64,000 nucleotides of DNA from Tubiluchus corallicola (lineage: Eukaryota > Animalia > Priapulida), in contig JAQGDQ010000093.1 of the NCBI GenBank assembly GCA_030141605.1, positions 1-64,000 on the forward strand. The letters run 5' to 3'. Made by a program: the position numbers and the translations under genes. The notes beneath the pieces are model-generated. The model was not told where the DNA came from, did not search any database, and worked only from the letters and a program-made list of their open reading frames with translations. Position 1 is the stretch's first letter. Each line of letters begins with the position of its first letter. Positions 20,383 to 31,090 of this stretch are shown here, piece by piece.

Positions 20383-21423
20383 TTAAGCAAATTCCCTCGC
20401 TGCAGCTTCCAGATCTTTTTTATATTGTGGTAAAAGAGCCTCAAATCTGCTTACAGCCTCTGACATTGTCCCCCTAAACTCACCTCCTGCAGCATTTGCA
20501 TGGCCTCCTCCATTAAAATGATTACCTGAAAATGCGTTTGAGGAGAAGCACCCTTTAGAGCGAAATGATATTTTTACCTTGCTGTCCTTTTCTATTAACA
20601 GGCCCACAAAAATCACACCTTTGATGGAGAGAAGGAAGTTTACAACCCCTTCTGTGTCTCCATCCTGGAACTTATACTGCATCAACTCCTTTTTAGTGAG
20701 CAAGATATATGCAGAATGATATTCGGGCAATACTTTCATCTTTTTATCAAGACAGTAACCCAATAGACGCATTCTGTGGGGAGAAAAATTGTGATAAATA
20801 GCACTGTGCACTTTATCCTTATCTGCACCTTTTCTCAGCAGTTTCCCCACAATTCTGTACAGGTTTGGAGATGAAGCATTATAGCTGAATGACCCTGTAT
20901 CTGTAATTATTCCTGCAAGTAATGGCTCCGCAACCCGTTTATCAATATAATCTTCAAAGCCTGCTTCTTCCAAAAACTCAAATACTAGCTCGGCTGTAGA
21001 GCTTGCATCTGTACACGAAAGAGAGAAATCAGCAGTAATAGTCGGATTTGGGTGGTGGTCTATTAGTACTTTGGCGGCCTTATTATCGATAAAATGCTTT
21101 GCCATTTTACCTAAACGCTTTAAGTCATTAAAGTCGAGCAGAAAGATTATATCTGCTTCACTCATAACCTTAAGAGCTTTTTCTTCATTTTTGTCAAAAA
21201 ATAGGACATTTTCTGTCCCGTCCATCCACTTAAGAAAGTTTGGATAGTTGGTAGGAGATATTACTACAGGGGAAACGCCCACCTTTTTTAAGGCCTCACA
21301 GAGTCCCAGTCCAGAACCTATTGCATCTCCATCAGCATTCATATGCGGAAGTAATACCACTCTTTTTGCCTTGTTCAGCAAATCTTTGACTCCTGCTACC
21401 GTATTATGTTTAAACCGCTTCAA
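20383..21423 (-). CDS. nrnA: DHH/DHHA1 bifunctional oligoribonuclease/PAP phosphatase
   Basis: H.NADGDAIGS, IDHH, TDTGSF, SFRS, GGGHANAAG; start placed at TTG 21423 after -7 box TATATTTG (21453-21460). Confidence 0.9.
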   Translation of the reverse strand: MKRFKHNTVAGVKDLLNKAKRVVLLPHMNADGDAIGSGLGLCEALKKVGVSPVVISPTNYPNFLKWMDGTENVLFFDKNEEKALKVMSEADIIFLLDFNDLKRLGKMAKHFIDNKAAKVLIDHHPNPTITADFSLSCTDASSTAELVFEFLEEAGFEDYIDKRVAEPLLAGIITDTGSFSYNASSPNLYRIVGKLLRKGADKDKVHSAIYHNFSPHRMRLLGYCLDKKMKVLPEYHSAYILLTKKELMQYKFQDGDTEGVVNFLLSIKGVIFVGLLIEKDSKVKISFRSKGCFSSNAFSGNHFNGGGHANAAGGEFRGTMSEAVSRFEALLPQYKKDLEAAAREFA

Positions 21424-21661
21424 ACTATACAACTTTAAATTACATTGAGAGGCAAATATAGTCAATGAGACCTTCGCAAAACTTATCTTCTTATTAATAT
21501 TTTCGTCAAAATACTCATTTGCGTTAGTAAACTGTAGTTTTCCTTTAAATTTTTCCTCAACTTGAAAAATCAGAGGGCTCTCAGTATTAAAATTGGGTGT
21601 TTAGACATCCCTGTTTAAAGAATTTTTAAATAATTTTGGAAAGAATACACACTAAAGTTCT

Positions 21662-22084
21662 ATGGAAGGAGATATTACACTTGCTCTAATCAAGCCTATT
21701 GCTGTAAGCAGGAACCATGTTGGACCTATTCTCGGCATTATAAACGAGCATGGCTTTAAGATCGAGGCGCTCAAAATGACACGGCTTTCACAAGGCCAGG
21801 CTGAATCATTTTATCATGTTCACCGCAATAAACCTTTTTATGACAACTTAGTGGAGTTTATGTCTTCCGGGCCTATCGTTGCAGCGATACTTGTTAAAGA
21901 GGGTGCCGTGAAAGAGTTTCGTAAGCTTATTGGCGCCACTAATCCGGATGAAGCCAGGGACGGAACTATTCGCAAGATGTTTGCAGAATCGCTATCTCAC
22001 AATGCTGTTCATGGATCGGACAGTGACAGGAATGCAAGGGTTGAAGCTGCGTTTTTTTTCTCTGAAAGTGAAAGGTTTAAATAA
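21662..22084 (+). CDS. ndk: Nucleoside diphosphate kinase
   Basis: IKP.AV, FMSSGP, IGATNP, GTIR, NAVHGSDS; -7 box TAATTTTG at 21631-21638. Confidence 0.97.
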   Translation: MEGDITLALIKPIAVSRNHVGPILGIINEHGFKIEALKMTRLSQGQAESFYHVHRNKPFYDNLVEFMSSGPIVAAILVKEGAVKEFRKLIGATNPDEARDGTIRKMFAESLSHNAVHGSDSDRNARVEAAFFFSESERFK

Positions 22085-22323
22085 TTGAGGGAAATAGTGC
22101 CTACCTCCATATCACTTCAACTCTTTCAAAATATTGTAACCTCCTGGCAGTCTGTTATCGGCAAGACCTATCTCTATAAGTTGTGCTTACAGATGTACCA
22201 AATGGTGTATGAAATATTCTGGGATTTTTGCAAAACTCATCGTTTTAAATATTTTCTCCAAAATTCTTACTCCCGTCACTTTATAAGCAGTGTAGGGGGA
22301 AGCCTGTTTTTAAGTTTATAAGC

Positions 22324-24003
22324 TCACTTTTTTGAGAAATCCGCACCCTTCTCGTGCACTGTATTCACTGCTCTTCCCGATGGATCCGCATTATTGCGAA
22401 ATGACTTGTCCCACTTCAGTGCCACATCAGTACTGCACGCTATAGATGGGACAGAGGGGATACAGGCAGCGGCCTGGTCGGATGGGAAATGCTGACTGAA
22501 TATTTCACGGTAGAGATACTCCTCTTTGCTCATAGGTGTATTGACAGGAAACTTATAGCCCGCATTGGTCATCATATCATCGGTTACCTTCTCATCAGCA
22601 GTTTTCTTCAGTGTATCAATCCAGCCATAACCAACACCGTCCGAAAACTGTTCTTTTTGTCTCCATGCGACACTTTCAGGTAGATAATCTTCAAACGCTT
22701 TCCGTACAATCCACTTCTCTATACGCCCATCTTTAGCCATTTTATCTTCGGGGCTTATACGCATTGCAACATCTAAAAACTCCTTGTCAAGGAATGGTAC
22801 ACGTCCCTCAATTCCCCATGCAGCAAGCGATTTATTGGCACGTAGGCAATCATAAAGGTGTAGCCTCTTCACTTTTCTTAATGACTCTTCATGAAATTCT
22901 TTGGCATTTGGGGCTTTGTGAAAATAGAGATATCCCCCAAAGATTTCGTCAGCCCCTTCTCCTGTCAGCACCATTTTAATACCCATAGATTTCATCACGC
23001 GTGCAATCATATACATAGGTGTTGAGGCACGCACCGTTGTTACATCATAAGTTTCAATATGATATATTACATCACTAATAGCATCAAGCCCCTCCTGTAT
23101 TGTATAGTGTATCTCATGGTGAACAGTTCCTATTTTATCGGCAACTATACGCGCTGCTGCGAGATCAGGAGAATCTTTGAGTCCGATAACGAAAGAGTGC
23201 AGCTGTGGCCACCATGCAGCCTGCTTACCGTCAGTTTCAATACGTCTCTCTGAGTATTTCTTGGCTATTGCAGATGTAATTGAGGAGTCCAGCCCGCCTG
23301 AAAGCAATACCCCATATGGCACATCAGTCATCAGCTGGCGACGTACAGCACTCTCTAAAGCATCATGTAACTCCTTAATGTCTGAACCGTTATCTTTTAC
23401 ATTTTCATAGTCCATCCAGTCCCGGTCATACCATTTTTTTACTTCACCATCCTTACTGTGCAAGTAGTGAGCAGGGGGGAACTCCGTTATTTTACGACAA
23501 AAACCCTCCAACGCTTTTAACTCCGACCCTACAAAAAAGTTCCCATGCTCATCCCATCCCATATAGAGTGGTATGATGCCAATATGATCGCGCGCGATAA
23601 GATATGAGTCTTCCTCTTCATCATAAAGAGCAAATGCAAAAATGCCATTTATGTCATCCAAAAACTTTTCTTTCTTTTCTCGGTAAAGGGCCAATATAAC
23701 TTCACAATCTGAACCTGTCTGAAATTCATACTTCCCTTCAAACTCCCTGCGAATATCTTTATGATTATAAATTTCGCCATTCACCGCTAAGATCAATTTT
23801 TTATCCTTACTGTATAATGGCTGTCCTCCAGATTCGGGATCAACAATTGAAAGTCTTTCATGCCCCAACACTGCATTCTCCCCACAATAAATTCCTGACC
23901 AGTCCGGCCCACGATGTCGAATTTTCTTTGACATTTCCAGTATTTGAGGCCTTAGCTCATTAGCATCTGTTTTTAAATCAAAAGCGCAAACTATCCCACA
24001 CAT
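22324..24003 (-). CDS. asnB: Asparagine synthetase B (glutamine-hydrolysing)
   Basis: N-terminal MCGI, HRGPDWSG, NGEIYNH, LLSGGLDSS, GEGADEIFGGY, RQKEQFSDGVG. Confidence 0.97.
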   Translation of the reverse strand: MCGIVCAFDLKTDANELRPQILEMSKKIRHRGPDWSGIYCGENAVLGHERLSIVDPESGGQPLYSKDKKLILAVNGEIYNHKDIRREFEGKYEFQTGSDCEVILALYREKKEKFLDDINGIFAFALYDEEEDSYLIARDHIGIIPLYMGWDEHGNFFVGSELKALEGFCRKITEFPPAHYLHSKDGEVKKWYDRDWMDYENVKDNGSDIKELHDALESAVRRQLMTDVPYGVLLSGGLDSSITSAIAKKYSERRIETDGKQAAWWPQLHSFVIGLKDSPDLAAARIVADKIGTVHHEIHYTIQEGLDAISDVIYHIETYDVTTVRASTPMYMIARVMKSMGIKMVLTGEGADEIFGGYLYFHKAPNAKEFHEESLRKVKRLHLYDCLRANKSLAAWGIEGRVPFLDKEFLDVAMRISPEDKMAKDGRIEKWIVRKAFEDYLPESVAWRQKEQFSDGVGYGWIDTLKKTADEKVTDDMMTNAGYKFPVNTPMSKEEYLYREIFSQHFPSDQAAACIPSVPSIACSTDVALKWDKSFRNNADPSGRAVNTVHEKGADFSKK

Positions 24004-24784
24004 AACTCATTTTTTATAATAATTGATATAATGAATAAAGCCTTTGCAGAGCACATCTCTCTGTTAGTATTTCACCAAAATAATTTTCTAATCCCTCACT
24101 GTATATTGGTAATCTGCAGGGGTTCCCATATTTTCTCAGCCCAAATTAGGATATATCTTCTTGCAAAGACTCCAACTAATACAGCTCAAAGGTACTATTT
24201 TGAAAAATGTTATTGAATTTTCTACTCTCTTTCCATCCTGTTTTTAATTTAAGTCCGAGGGTTTTTATTCCAAATCCAAGCTGAGCAGTTATGGGTACTA
24301 CCTGTTCTTGCAGCGTATATAACACTGTGTTAAACTGCCTTTTATTAAAAGATGGTTAAGTTTTTTGAGATATAATCTGCCTATGTGCTTTTTCTCTACT
24401 GCTAATAAGTTTAAAGGAGGGGTAGGTTTCAATACCGGATCTTTGCAAAGCGCATTTTTTGTTAAAATAGTTTTTGCCGGAGCTCCAAAGTCTCTATCTT
24501 CATTGATAAACTGTGGGATTTTATTAACCTTTTGCCTCAATCTGAACCAAGCCTCTTACCTTGAAAAGATCTAAATCTAAATTTGATTAAACTACGTTCT
24601 TGTAAATTTTAATAGGTAGAGCACTTGGTAAAAAGACTTAGAAGTTGAATTTTATAAGATAATAATATAAAAAAAAGTAATAAAACTTTTCTTTAATTAA
24701 CAAAAGATTATACTTTTGTGCTAGCTTATCTGCCAAAAGAGAGCACTTAAGTTTGGTTCTGAAATTAAAAATTAATAATTCATC

Positions 24785-26536
24785 ATGAAGAAGATTACTT
24801 TAAAACCTGCTATCATCTTTTTCTTGGGCGCTGTCCTTTTAAGTAGCTGTTCAAGCCTTAGCAAGATGAAAAACAACGCAAGCAAAATTGCCTACAACGT
24901 AACACCTGAAGTTCTTGAGGCTCACGGGGGAAATGTTGAAGTTGCTATTGAGGGGCGTGTTCCCGGAAAATATTTTTTGAAGGATATAACAATGGAAGCT
25001 ACCCCTGTTTTAAAGTATGAAGGTGGTGAGGCTGCTTATGAACCTTACACTTTACAAGGAGAAAGTGTGGATGGCAACGCTACGGTTATAAGCTATGCGA
25101 GTGGAGGTAGCTTTTCTTACTCAGGTTCTGTCCCTTTCGTGGATGGGATGCATGATTCGGATTTAGAACTCCATATTGTTGCAAAATCGGGTAAAAAAAC
25201 AGAGAAGTTTCCACCATTAAAGATTGCTGATGGTGTGATTGTGACATCAACCCTTTTTGAAAACTCTCCTACCCCTATGGAAGGAATTCAGAAAGAGGAA
25301 AATATGACAGGTATTTATGATCCCACAATTGATGCGTTCCAGCGAATTGTTCCTGATAGTTATAAGGCGGATTTAATGTACCTTATCAATAGCTCTTATG
25401 TTCGTGGAAGAGAAGTGAAAAAAGAGGAGATGACCCAGCTTAATAAGTATATAAAAGATGCTTTTGAGGCTGAGCGTACAGAGCTTAAGGGAGTAGAAGT
25501 ATTAGCTTATGCATCGCCAGATGGTGAACTTGATTTTAATGACAACCTTTCTCAAAAACGTGAAGTTTCTGCAGCAAATGCTGTTAGCAAAAGTATACAG
25601 AGAAGTAAGGTTGATGTAGAGCTAACTTCAAAATACACCCCTGAAGACTGGGAAGGGTTTAAAACATTGGTTGAGCAGTCCGCTATTCAGGATAAGGAAC
25701 TTATTCTTCGTGTTCTATCTATGCATACTGATCCTGAAGTGCGTGAGCGTGAGATACGTAACCTTTCAGAAGCCTTTACTGCACTTGCCGACGATATATT
25801 ACCCAAATTGCGCCGTGCAAAAATTACTGCAAATATTGAGGTAATTGGTAAAACTGATAATGAGATTACTGAATTGGCCAACAGTGATCCTTCTCAATTA
25901 AATCAGGCAGAGTTGTTATATGCTGCAAAATTGACTGAAGATCTTGAGAAGAAAAAAGCTATTTATAGCAGCTTCATAAGTGCATATTCTGATGATTGGA
26001 GAGGATACAACAACCTGGGACTTATATTCTTTAAGCAAGATGACCTTTCGAATGCCACATCTCTTTTTGAAAAAGCTGATGAGCTAAGCCAAGGCAACCC
26101 TGTTGTTAAAAATAACCTTGGAGCAGTTGCCCTCAAAAATAACGATCTCAAAAAAGCGGAGGAGTTGCTTGGTGGCGCCAGCGGAGCAGGAGAAGCTGTT
26201 GATCAAAACATGGGGTTAGTAAGCTATATGAAAGCTGACTATAATACATCTGCCAATTACTATGGAGATATTGAGAGTGTAAATAGTGCTCTTGCTCAAA
26301 TGATGAAGGGCAATAATAATGAAGCTCTCAAAATTCTTAATAATATTGAAGAAGAGACTGCTAATGTTTCTTATCTAAAAGCTGTTATAGGTGCTCGGAC
26401 CGCTAAGGCAAGCCTGTTGTACGAAAACCTTAAGACAGCAGTTGCAAAAGACAGTTCGCTAAAAGAAACAGCTAAGAAGGACTTAGAGTTTGCAAAGTAT
26501 TTAGAAGAGGCTGATTTTAAGTCAATAGTTGAATAG
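24785..26536 (+). CDS. Conserved Bacteroidota lipoprotein with OmpA-like ASPDG segment and C-terminal TPRs
   Basis: Lipobox LSSC; YASPDG..N.LS.KR; EDWEGF; TPR NNLG repeats; -7 box TACTTTTG at 24711-24718. Confidence 0.8.
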   Translation: MKKITLKPAIIFFLGAVLLSSCSSLSKMKNNASKIAYNVTPEVLEAHGGNVEVAIEGRVPGKYFLKDITMEATPVLKYEGGEAAYEPYTLQGESVDGNATVISYASGGSFSYSGSVPFVDGMHDSDLELHIVAKSGKKTEKFPPLKIADGVIVTSTLFENSPTPMEGIQKEENMTGIYDPTIDAFQRIVPDSYKADLMYLINSSYVRGREVKKEEMTQLNKYIKDAFEAERTELKGVEVLAYASPDGELDFNDNLSQKREVSAANAVSKSIQRSKVDVELTSKYTPEDWEGFKTLVEQSAIQDKELILRVLSMHTDPEVREREIRNLSEAFTALADDILPKLRRAKITANIEVIGKTDNEITELANSDPSQLNQAELLYAAKLTEDLEKKKAIYSSFISAYSDDWRGYNNLGLIFFKQDDLSNATSLFEKADELSQGNPVVKNNLGAVALKNNDLKKAEELLGGASGAGEAVDQNMGLVSYMKADYNTSANYYGDIESVNSALAQMMKGNNNEALKILNNIEEETANVSYLKAVIGARTAKASLLYENLKTAVAKDSSLKETAKKDLEFAKYLEEADFKSIVE

Positions 26537-26560
26537 TGGTAAAGATTTAGAACTAAAAAG

Positions 26561-26593
26561 AAATCCGGTATTTGTCTGTACCGGATTTTTTTT
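26561..26593. terminator. Bidirectional terminator between convergent genes
   Basis: AAATCCGGTA-loop-TACCGGATTT with A- and T-tracts on either side. Confidence 0.8.
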
Positions 26594-26625
26594 AGTTACT
26601 CTTCCCTTTACAAGGCTTAGCTTCC

Positions 26626-28083
26626 TTAACAAACCTCTCCTATAAGGGTAGTTTGAGTACAGTTATTTACTTTCACAAGGGTATACTCTCCAAACTTTAA
26701 CTTGCCTTTGGGGAAAACAACTATTTTATTTTGGGATGTTCTTCCAAAATATTCACTTTCACTCTTTTTCGAGATACCTTCTATCAGTACCTCAAAAGTT
26801 TTACCGATATCCTTTCTATTACTTTTCATAGAGATACAACTTTGTAAGGCAATTATCTCTTTTAGTCTTTGGGATTTTATTTCCTCTATAATATCATCTT
26901 TATAATGTTTGTGAGCGTATGTTCCGGGGCGTTCAGAGTATTTAAACATGAAAGCAGTATCAAATTGCACCCACTCCATTAGAGATAGCGTCTCTTTATG
27001 CTCTGCCTCCGTTTCGGAGCAGAACCCACAAAATATATCAGTAGAGATACCGCATCCCGGGATTATTTTACGAATTGCTTCTACCCGTTTCATATACCAT
27101 TCTCGGGTATACTTACGGTTCATCTTTTCCAGTATTCGCGAACTTCCCGACTGCACAGGCAGATGAATATGATTGCAGATATTAGAATGCCCTGCAATAG
27201 TATGCAGCAGTTTATTTGATAAGTCTTTTGGATGTGATGTAGTAAACCTTATTCTAATAGCGGGGTCAATTTTCGCTACCATACTTAGTAAATCAGGAAA
27301 TCGCTCTACTTTTTTTTGTCTGCTAGGATACCACTTATAAGAGTTAACATTTTGCCCCAGCAGTGTAACTTCTTTATAACCACGCCTGATCAGGTCCTCT
27401 ATTTCATTAATAATATCTTTGGGATTACGGCTACGCTCACGCCCGCGGGTGTAAGGAACAATACAATATGTGCAAAAATTATTACATCCTCTTGTTATAG
27501 AAACAAAGCCCGATATTTTTTTATCTCCAGGACGTTTTGGAATAATTGAGTCGTAAGTTTCATTACCGGCCAGCTTTATGTTAATTGCATCTTCTCCTCG
27601 CTGCGCTTTATCAATAAGGTAGGGCAGATCTCTATACGCATCCGGCCCGGCGACTAAGTCAACTAAGTTGCTATTCAACAGATCATTACCTATTCTTTCT
27701 GCCATACAACCAATAAGGCCTATAAGCAATTCTGGCCTCTCCTTTTTGTAACTTTTGAAGAGATTTAGCCTTCCCCAAACCCGCTGCTCTGCATTGTCCC
27801 TGACCGAACAAGTGTTGATTAATATTACTTCAGCATCCTTATGTGTGTCGGCTATTTCATATCCATAGTTGCCAAGTATGGCTGCAGCGACCTCACTGTC
27901 AGCAATGTTCATCTGGCAGCCATATGTCTCTATATATACTTGTTTAGGATTGGGGTTTTTAGTTGTATCTTTTTGATTTACAATAGGTTCTCCATTATAT
28001 TGGTTTGGATTTTTATGGGGGGAAACATGGGAGGAAATTGGTTTTCCTTGTTTTTCCTTGATATTTAACTCCTTTGTATTCAA
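26626..28083 (-). CDS. miaB: tRNA-i6A37 methylthiotransferase; codons 1-33 are island-derived, native part starts at 27984
   Basis: TYGCQMN, NTCSVR, GCMA, radical SAM GCNNFCTYC, HIHLPVQSGS, C-terminal TRAM domain. Confidence 0.93.
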   Translation of the reverse strand: MNTKELNIKEKQGKPISSHVSPHKNPNQYNGEPIVNQKDTTKNPNPKQVYIETYGCQMNIADSEVAAAILGNYGYEIADTHKDAEVILINTCSVRDNAEQRVWGRLNLFKSYKKERPELLIGLIGCMAERIGNDLLNSNLVDLVAGPDAYRDLPYLIDKAQRGEDAINIKLAGNETYDSIIPKRPGDKKISGFVSITRGCNNFCTYCIVPYTRGRERSRNPKDIINEIEDLIRRGYKEVTLLGQNVNSYKWYPSRQKKVERFPDLLSMVAKIDPAIRIRFTTSHPKDLSNKLLHTIAGHSNICNHIHLPVQSGSSRILEKMNRKYTREWYMKRVEAIRKIIPGCGISTDIFCGFCSETEAEHKETLSLMEWVQFDTAFMFKYSERPGTYAHKHYKDDIIEEIKSQRLKEIIALQSCISMKSNRKDIGKTFEVLIEGISKKSESEYFGRTSQNKIVVFPKGKLKFGEYTLVKVNNCTQTTLIGEVC

Positions 28084-28172
28084 ACTTTTATTCTTTTTAA
28101 AAGTTTCCGATGGGGGGAAACTCTAATTTATCTTTTTCATAATTTTTATCTTCCTCCCAACCTTGGGGGGAA
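28016..28172. repeat. Cluster of TGGG(G/A)GGAA motifs, candidate integrase arm-type sites (left end)
   Basis: Copies at 28016, 28028, 28111, 28164 and inverted at 28151; same pair at 39381/39392. Confidence 0.65.
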
Positions 28173-28228
28173 CCTTAAATTATTTTTCAAAATACATTCC
28201 AAAATTGATTCTTAAAATAATTCGAATA

Positions 28229-28236
28229 CAAAGATA
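28229..28236 (-). promoter_or_regulatory. Outward-facing Bacteroidota -7 element inside the island, upstream of miaB
   Basis: TATCTTTG on the minus strand; identical octamer precedes the integrase (39355-39362). Confidence 0.5.
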
Positions 28237-28451
28237 ATCATAAAATGACAAAATGTCATGATGGGGGTGATATAAACGAAAAAACCACCATTTACATGGT
28301 GGCTAATTCTCTAATGGAAATTTGTTTAATTCAATGAAAAAACAAACGAGTGTTAAGTGTATAGTGATATACTACTTGAGTTGTGTGTGTAAGTATATAT
28401 ATCAAAAAGTTTAAAAAATGTATTTTGATAGAGATGTTATTAATTAACCCC

Positions 28452-28624
28452 TTAACCCCATATACCTTCCCATTCTTCATTTTGATAGATTGTAGTTCTA
28501 CCAAAAGGTATTTGTTTGTGAATACAGGTTAAGATAGAATCTGAGGTATAATAGTTTCTATTCTTAAATCTGTTTGGTTTTATCCAGTTCTTTCTTTCGA
28601 ATGATTTTAAGGTTTGATGAGTAC
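28452..28624 (-). pseudogene. 5'-truncated MerR-like HTH / excisionase-like protein
   Basis: HQTLKSFERKNWIKPNRFKNRNYYTSDSI resembles the MerR/Xis wing-helix; ORF cut at the IS end 28625. Confidence 0.5.
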
Positions 28625-30183
28625 TGTTTAACTTCAAAACTTATTGGACAAATTGATGCTTAAAGTTAAGAAATAGTTTTATAATTCAAATTCTCTTTTT
28701 TATGGTGATGATAATTCACTGTTGACTTGTTCGAAACTCGCAGAGTTTTCAATAAATCAAAAGTGCTACACTGCGATTTTCTGATTCCTTTTTCTTCTTT
28801 CATTTAGCGTTTTTATTTTAATGTTTTCACGATTGCCCAGTACCTGTTTTTGCCTTCCAAAATACACGTCGGCAGGTGTAACATTCTTGAGTGATTCATG
28901 ATACCGGTGGTTGTTGTAATTATCTACAAACTCCTGTAGAACCGTCCTTAGTTCATCAGGAAAGTAGTAATTATCCAACTTTACCTGATTTTTCATGGTG
29001 CGGTGGTAACGCTCAATTTCCCCTTATGTTTGAGGGTGGTATGGGGCTCCACGTACATGTCCCATTTTGGTATCTTTTAAAAAGCTTTGAAACTCGTTTG
29101 ATATGTAGCACGCTCCATTATCGGAGAGTAACCTGGGACAATCGCCTGCAGGTATTTTGGCCGTATGTAAAGCCTTTTGAATAACATGCTTGGCATCGGC
29201 CGACTCAATGCTTTGGCAAAGCTCCCAGGTGACGATATAACTTGAATAATCTCCATTACGGTAGCCAAATAATACCAGCCCCATCCAATGATTTTAAAGT
29301 AGGTGAAATCGGTTTGCCATTGCTGGTGCACACGCGTGGTCTTATCTTTAAACTCATCGGATGCAGCCATTAAAAGCCACGCAGGAGATGTGATTAGCAC
29401 TTGCTCTTTGAGAATCCGATATACGCTGGATTCGCTGATAAACCACTTTTGATGGTCGGTGATGTGGTGGGCTAGTTCCCTAGGCGATAAGTCTGTACGT
29501 TACAAAGCGGTGTCTAAAACCAGTTCTCGTTCTTTGTTGGATATCTTGTCCCAGAACTTTTTGCGTTTTACCGGCTTGGGCTTGAGTGCATCATATCCTC
29601 CCTCAAGGAAGCGTTTGTACCACTCGTAAAAGGTACTTCGGCTGATGTCAAGTTCTTCAAGTGTGCGCTTAACTCCGAATTCCGAATCTTGAACAATACG
29701 GATAATTTCCATCTTTTCACTGGCGCTTCGTCTCATATATTTATAAGTTACACGGTTCCAGTTAAGCTTTTTTTAAGCATGCGTACTTCCAAACTCAACT
29801 CTGCTAAAAGCTGCTTTAGGTCGTGGTTCTCGTTCTTTAAACCGTTTACTTCGCCCGATGTAGCTTCCCGTTTAATGTCACCTGCAAGGCGTTTTTTGCC
29901 AGCTTCCATAAAATCTTTACTCCACTTGTAATAAAGGTTCGCGTTGATGCCTTCTTTTAGGCATAACTCGGCAATGCTATATTCGCCACGCATGCCCTCT
30001 AGTACAATCCTGATTTTTTCTTCAGCTGATTACTTCTTCCTCGTGTGTCTCTTAATCTCTTTTACCTTTTGTTCGGTAGTCTGTTTTTTTGCCTTCATCT
30101 TATTCGTTTTTATTGGTTATAATTTAAGAAATGTCTCTCTTAATTTTTAAACCAATTTGTCCGAATTAAGCTGAAGATTTACA
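28625..30183 (-). mobile_element. Degenerate IS3/IS481-type insertion sequence (orfA HTH plus orfB HTH-rve), multiple stops and frameshifts
   Basis: Imperfect 30-bp TIRs TGT..CTTCA..GGACAAATT; orfA SAEEKIRIVLEG...YYKW; orfB WQTDFTY, LSDNG, APYHPQT, YNNHRYHESL; no target duplication seen. Confidence 0.85.
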
Positions 30184-30214
30184 GTTATGTCATTTCTTTT
30201 CTTACCTTTGAAAT

Positions 30215-31087
30215 GTGATTTATGTAAAACTTTTTAGACTTAATAACTGGGTTAAAAATCTTTTTATTTTTTTACCCCTTTTTTTCTCTGGGGAATTTTT
30301 TAACCCTATAAAAATCACAAATACATTTTATGTTACTCTTGGTTTTTCATTGGTTACAAGTTTTATATACATCATCAATGATATTTTTGATATAGAATTT
30401 GACAAAATTCATCCAGAAAAAAGAAACAGACCAATTCCTTCAGGAAAAATTTCCGTAAAACAATCAATGATATTAGGGATTTGTCTTTTGTCAGTGGGGT
30501 TAATAAGTATTTGGAATGTTTCATTTGATAGTTTTTTACTTACTATATTATACATAATATTAAATTTTCTCTACTCTATAAAACTAAAACAAATACCCAT
30601 TGTAGATTTTATAATTGTCGCTACTGGTTTTGTCATAAGAATTTTAATCGGAGGTGAAATTGGAAATGTAGAATTAACACAATGGATGATTGTAATGGTT
30701 TTCCTCCTTTCTCTTTTTATTGCCGTGACCAAAAGAAGAGATGATGTATACCAATATGAATTGAAAAAGAAAATAAACCGTAAAGTGGTTTCAGAATATA
30801 CTGTAAATTACATGGATAAGTTAATAACTATAATATCCTCTGTTCTACTAGTTTCTTATTTGTTATTTATTACATCTGAAAGTGTAATTTCACGGTATCC
30901 TTCTAAATATTTAATTGTTTCTTTTTTGTTTGTTCTAGTAGGTGTATTTAGATACAATCAAATTACATATGTTAAAAACAAAAGTGGTTCTCCAATAAAA
31001 ATCTTCTTTAAAGACAAATTTCTTCAAATAACCTTATTACTATGGGGATTAACTTTCTTCCTTATAATCTATTCATATAAATTATAG
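30215..31087 (+). CDS. UbiA-family polyprenyl-phosphate 5-phosphoribosyltransferase (Rv3806c/NoeC-like)
   Basis: R..NW.KN..IF.PLFF, YIINDIFD...D..HP.KR.RPI.SG, YS..LK..P.VD, GFV.R, KRR; -7 box TACCTTTG at 30203-30210. Confidence 0.88.
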   Translation: MIYVKLFRLNNWVKNLFIFLPLFFSGEFFNPIKITNTFYVTLGFSLVTSFIYIINDIFDIEFDKIHPEKRNRPIPSGKISVKQSMILGICLLSVGLISIWNVSFDSFLLTILYIILNFLYSIKLKQIPIVDFIIVATGFVIRILIGGEIGNVELTQWMIVMVFLLSLFIAVTKRRDDVYQYELKKKINRKVVSEYTVNYMDKLITIISSVLLVSYLLFITSESVISRYPSKYLIVSFLFVLVGVFRYNQITYVKNKSGSPIKIFFKDKFLQITLLLWGLTFFLIIYSYKL

Positions 31088-31090
31088 ATT

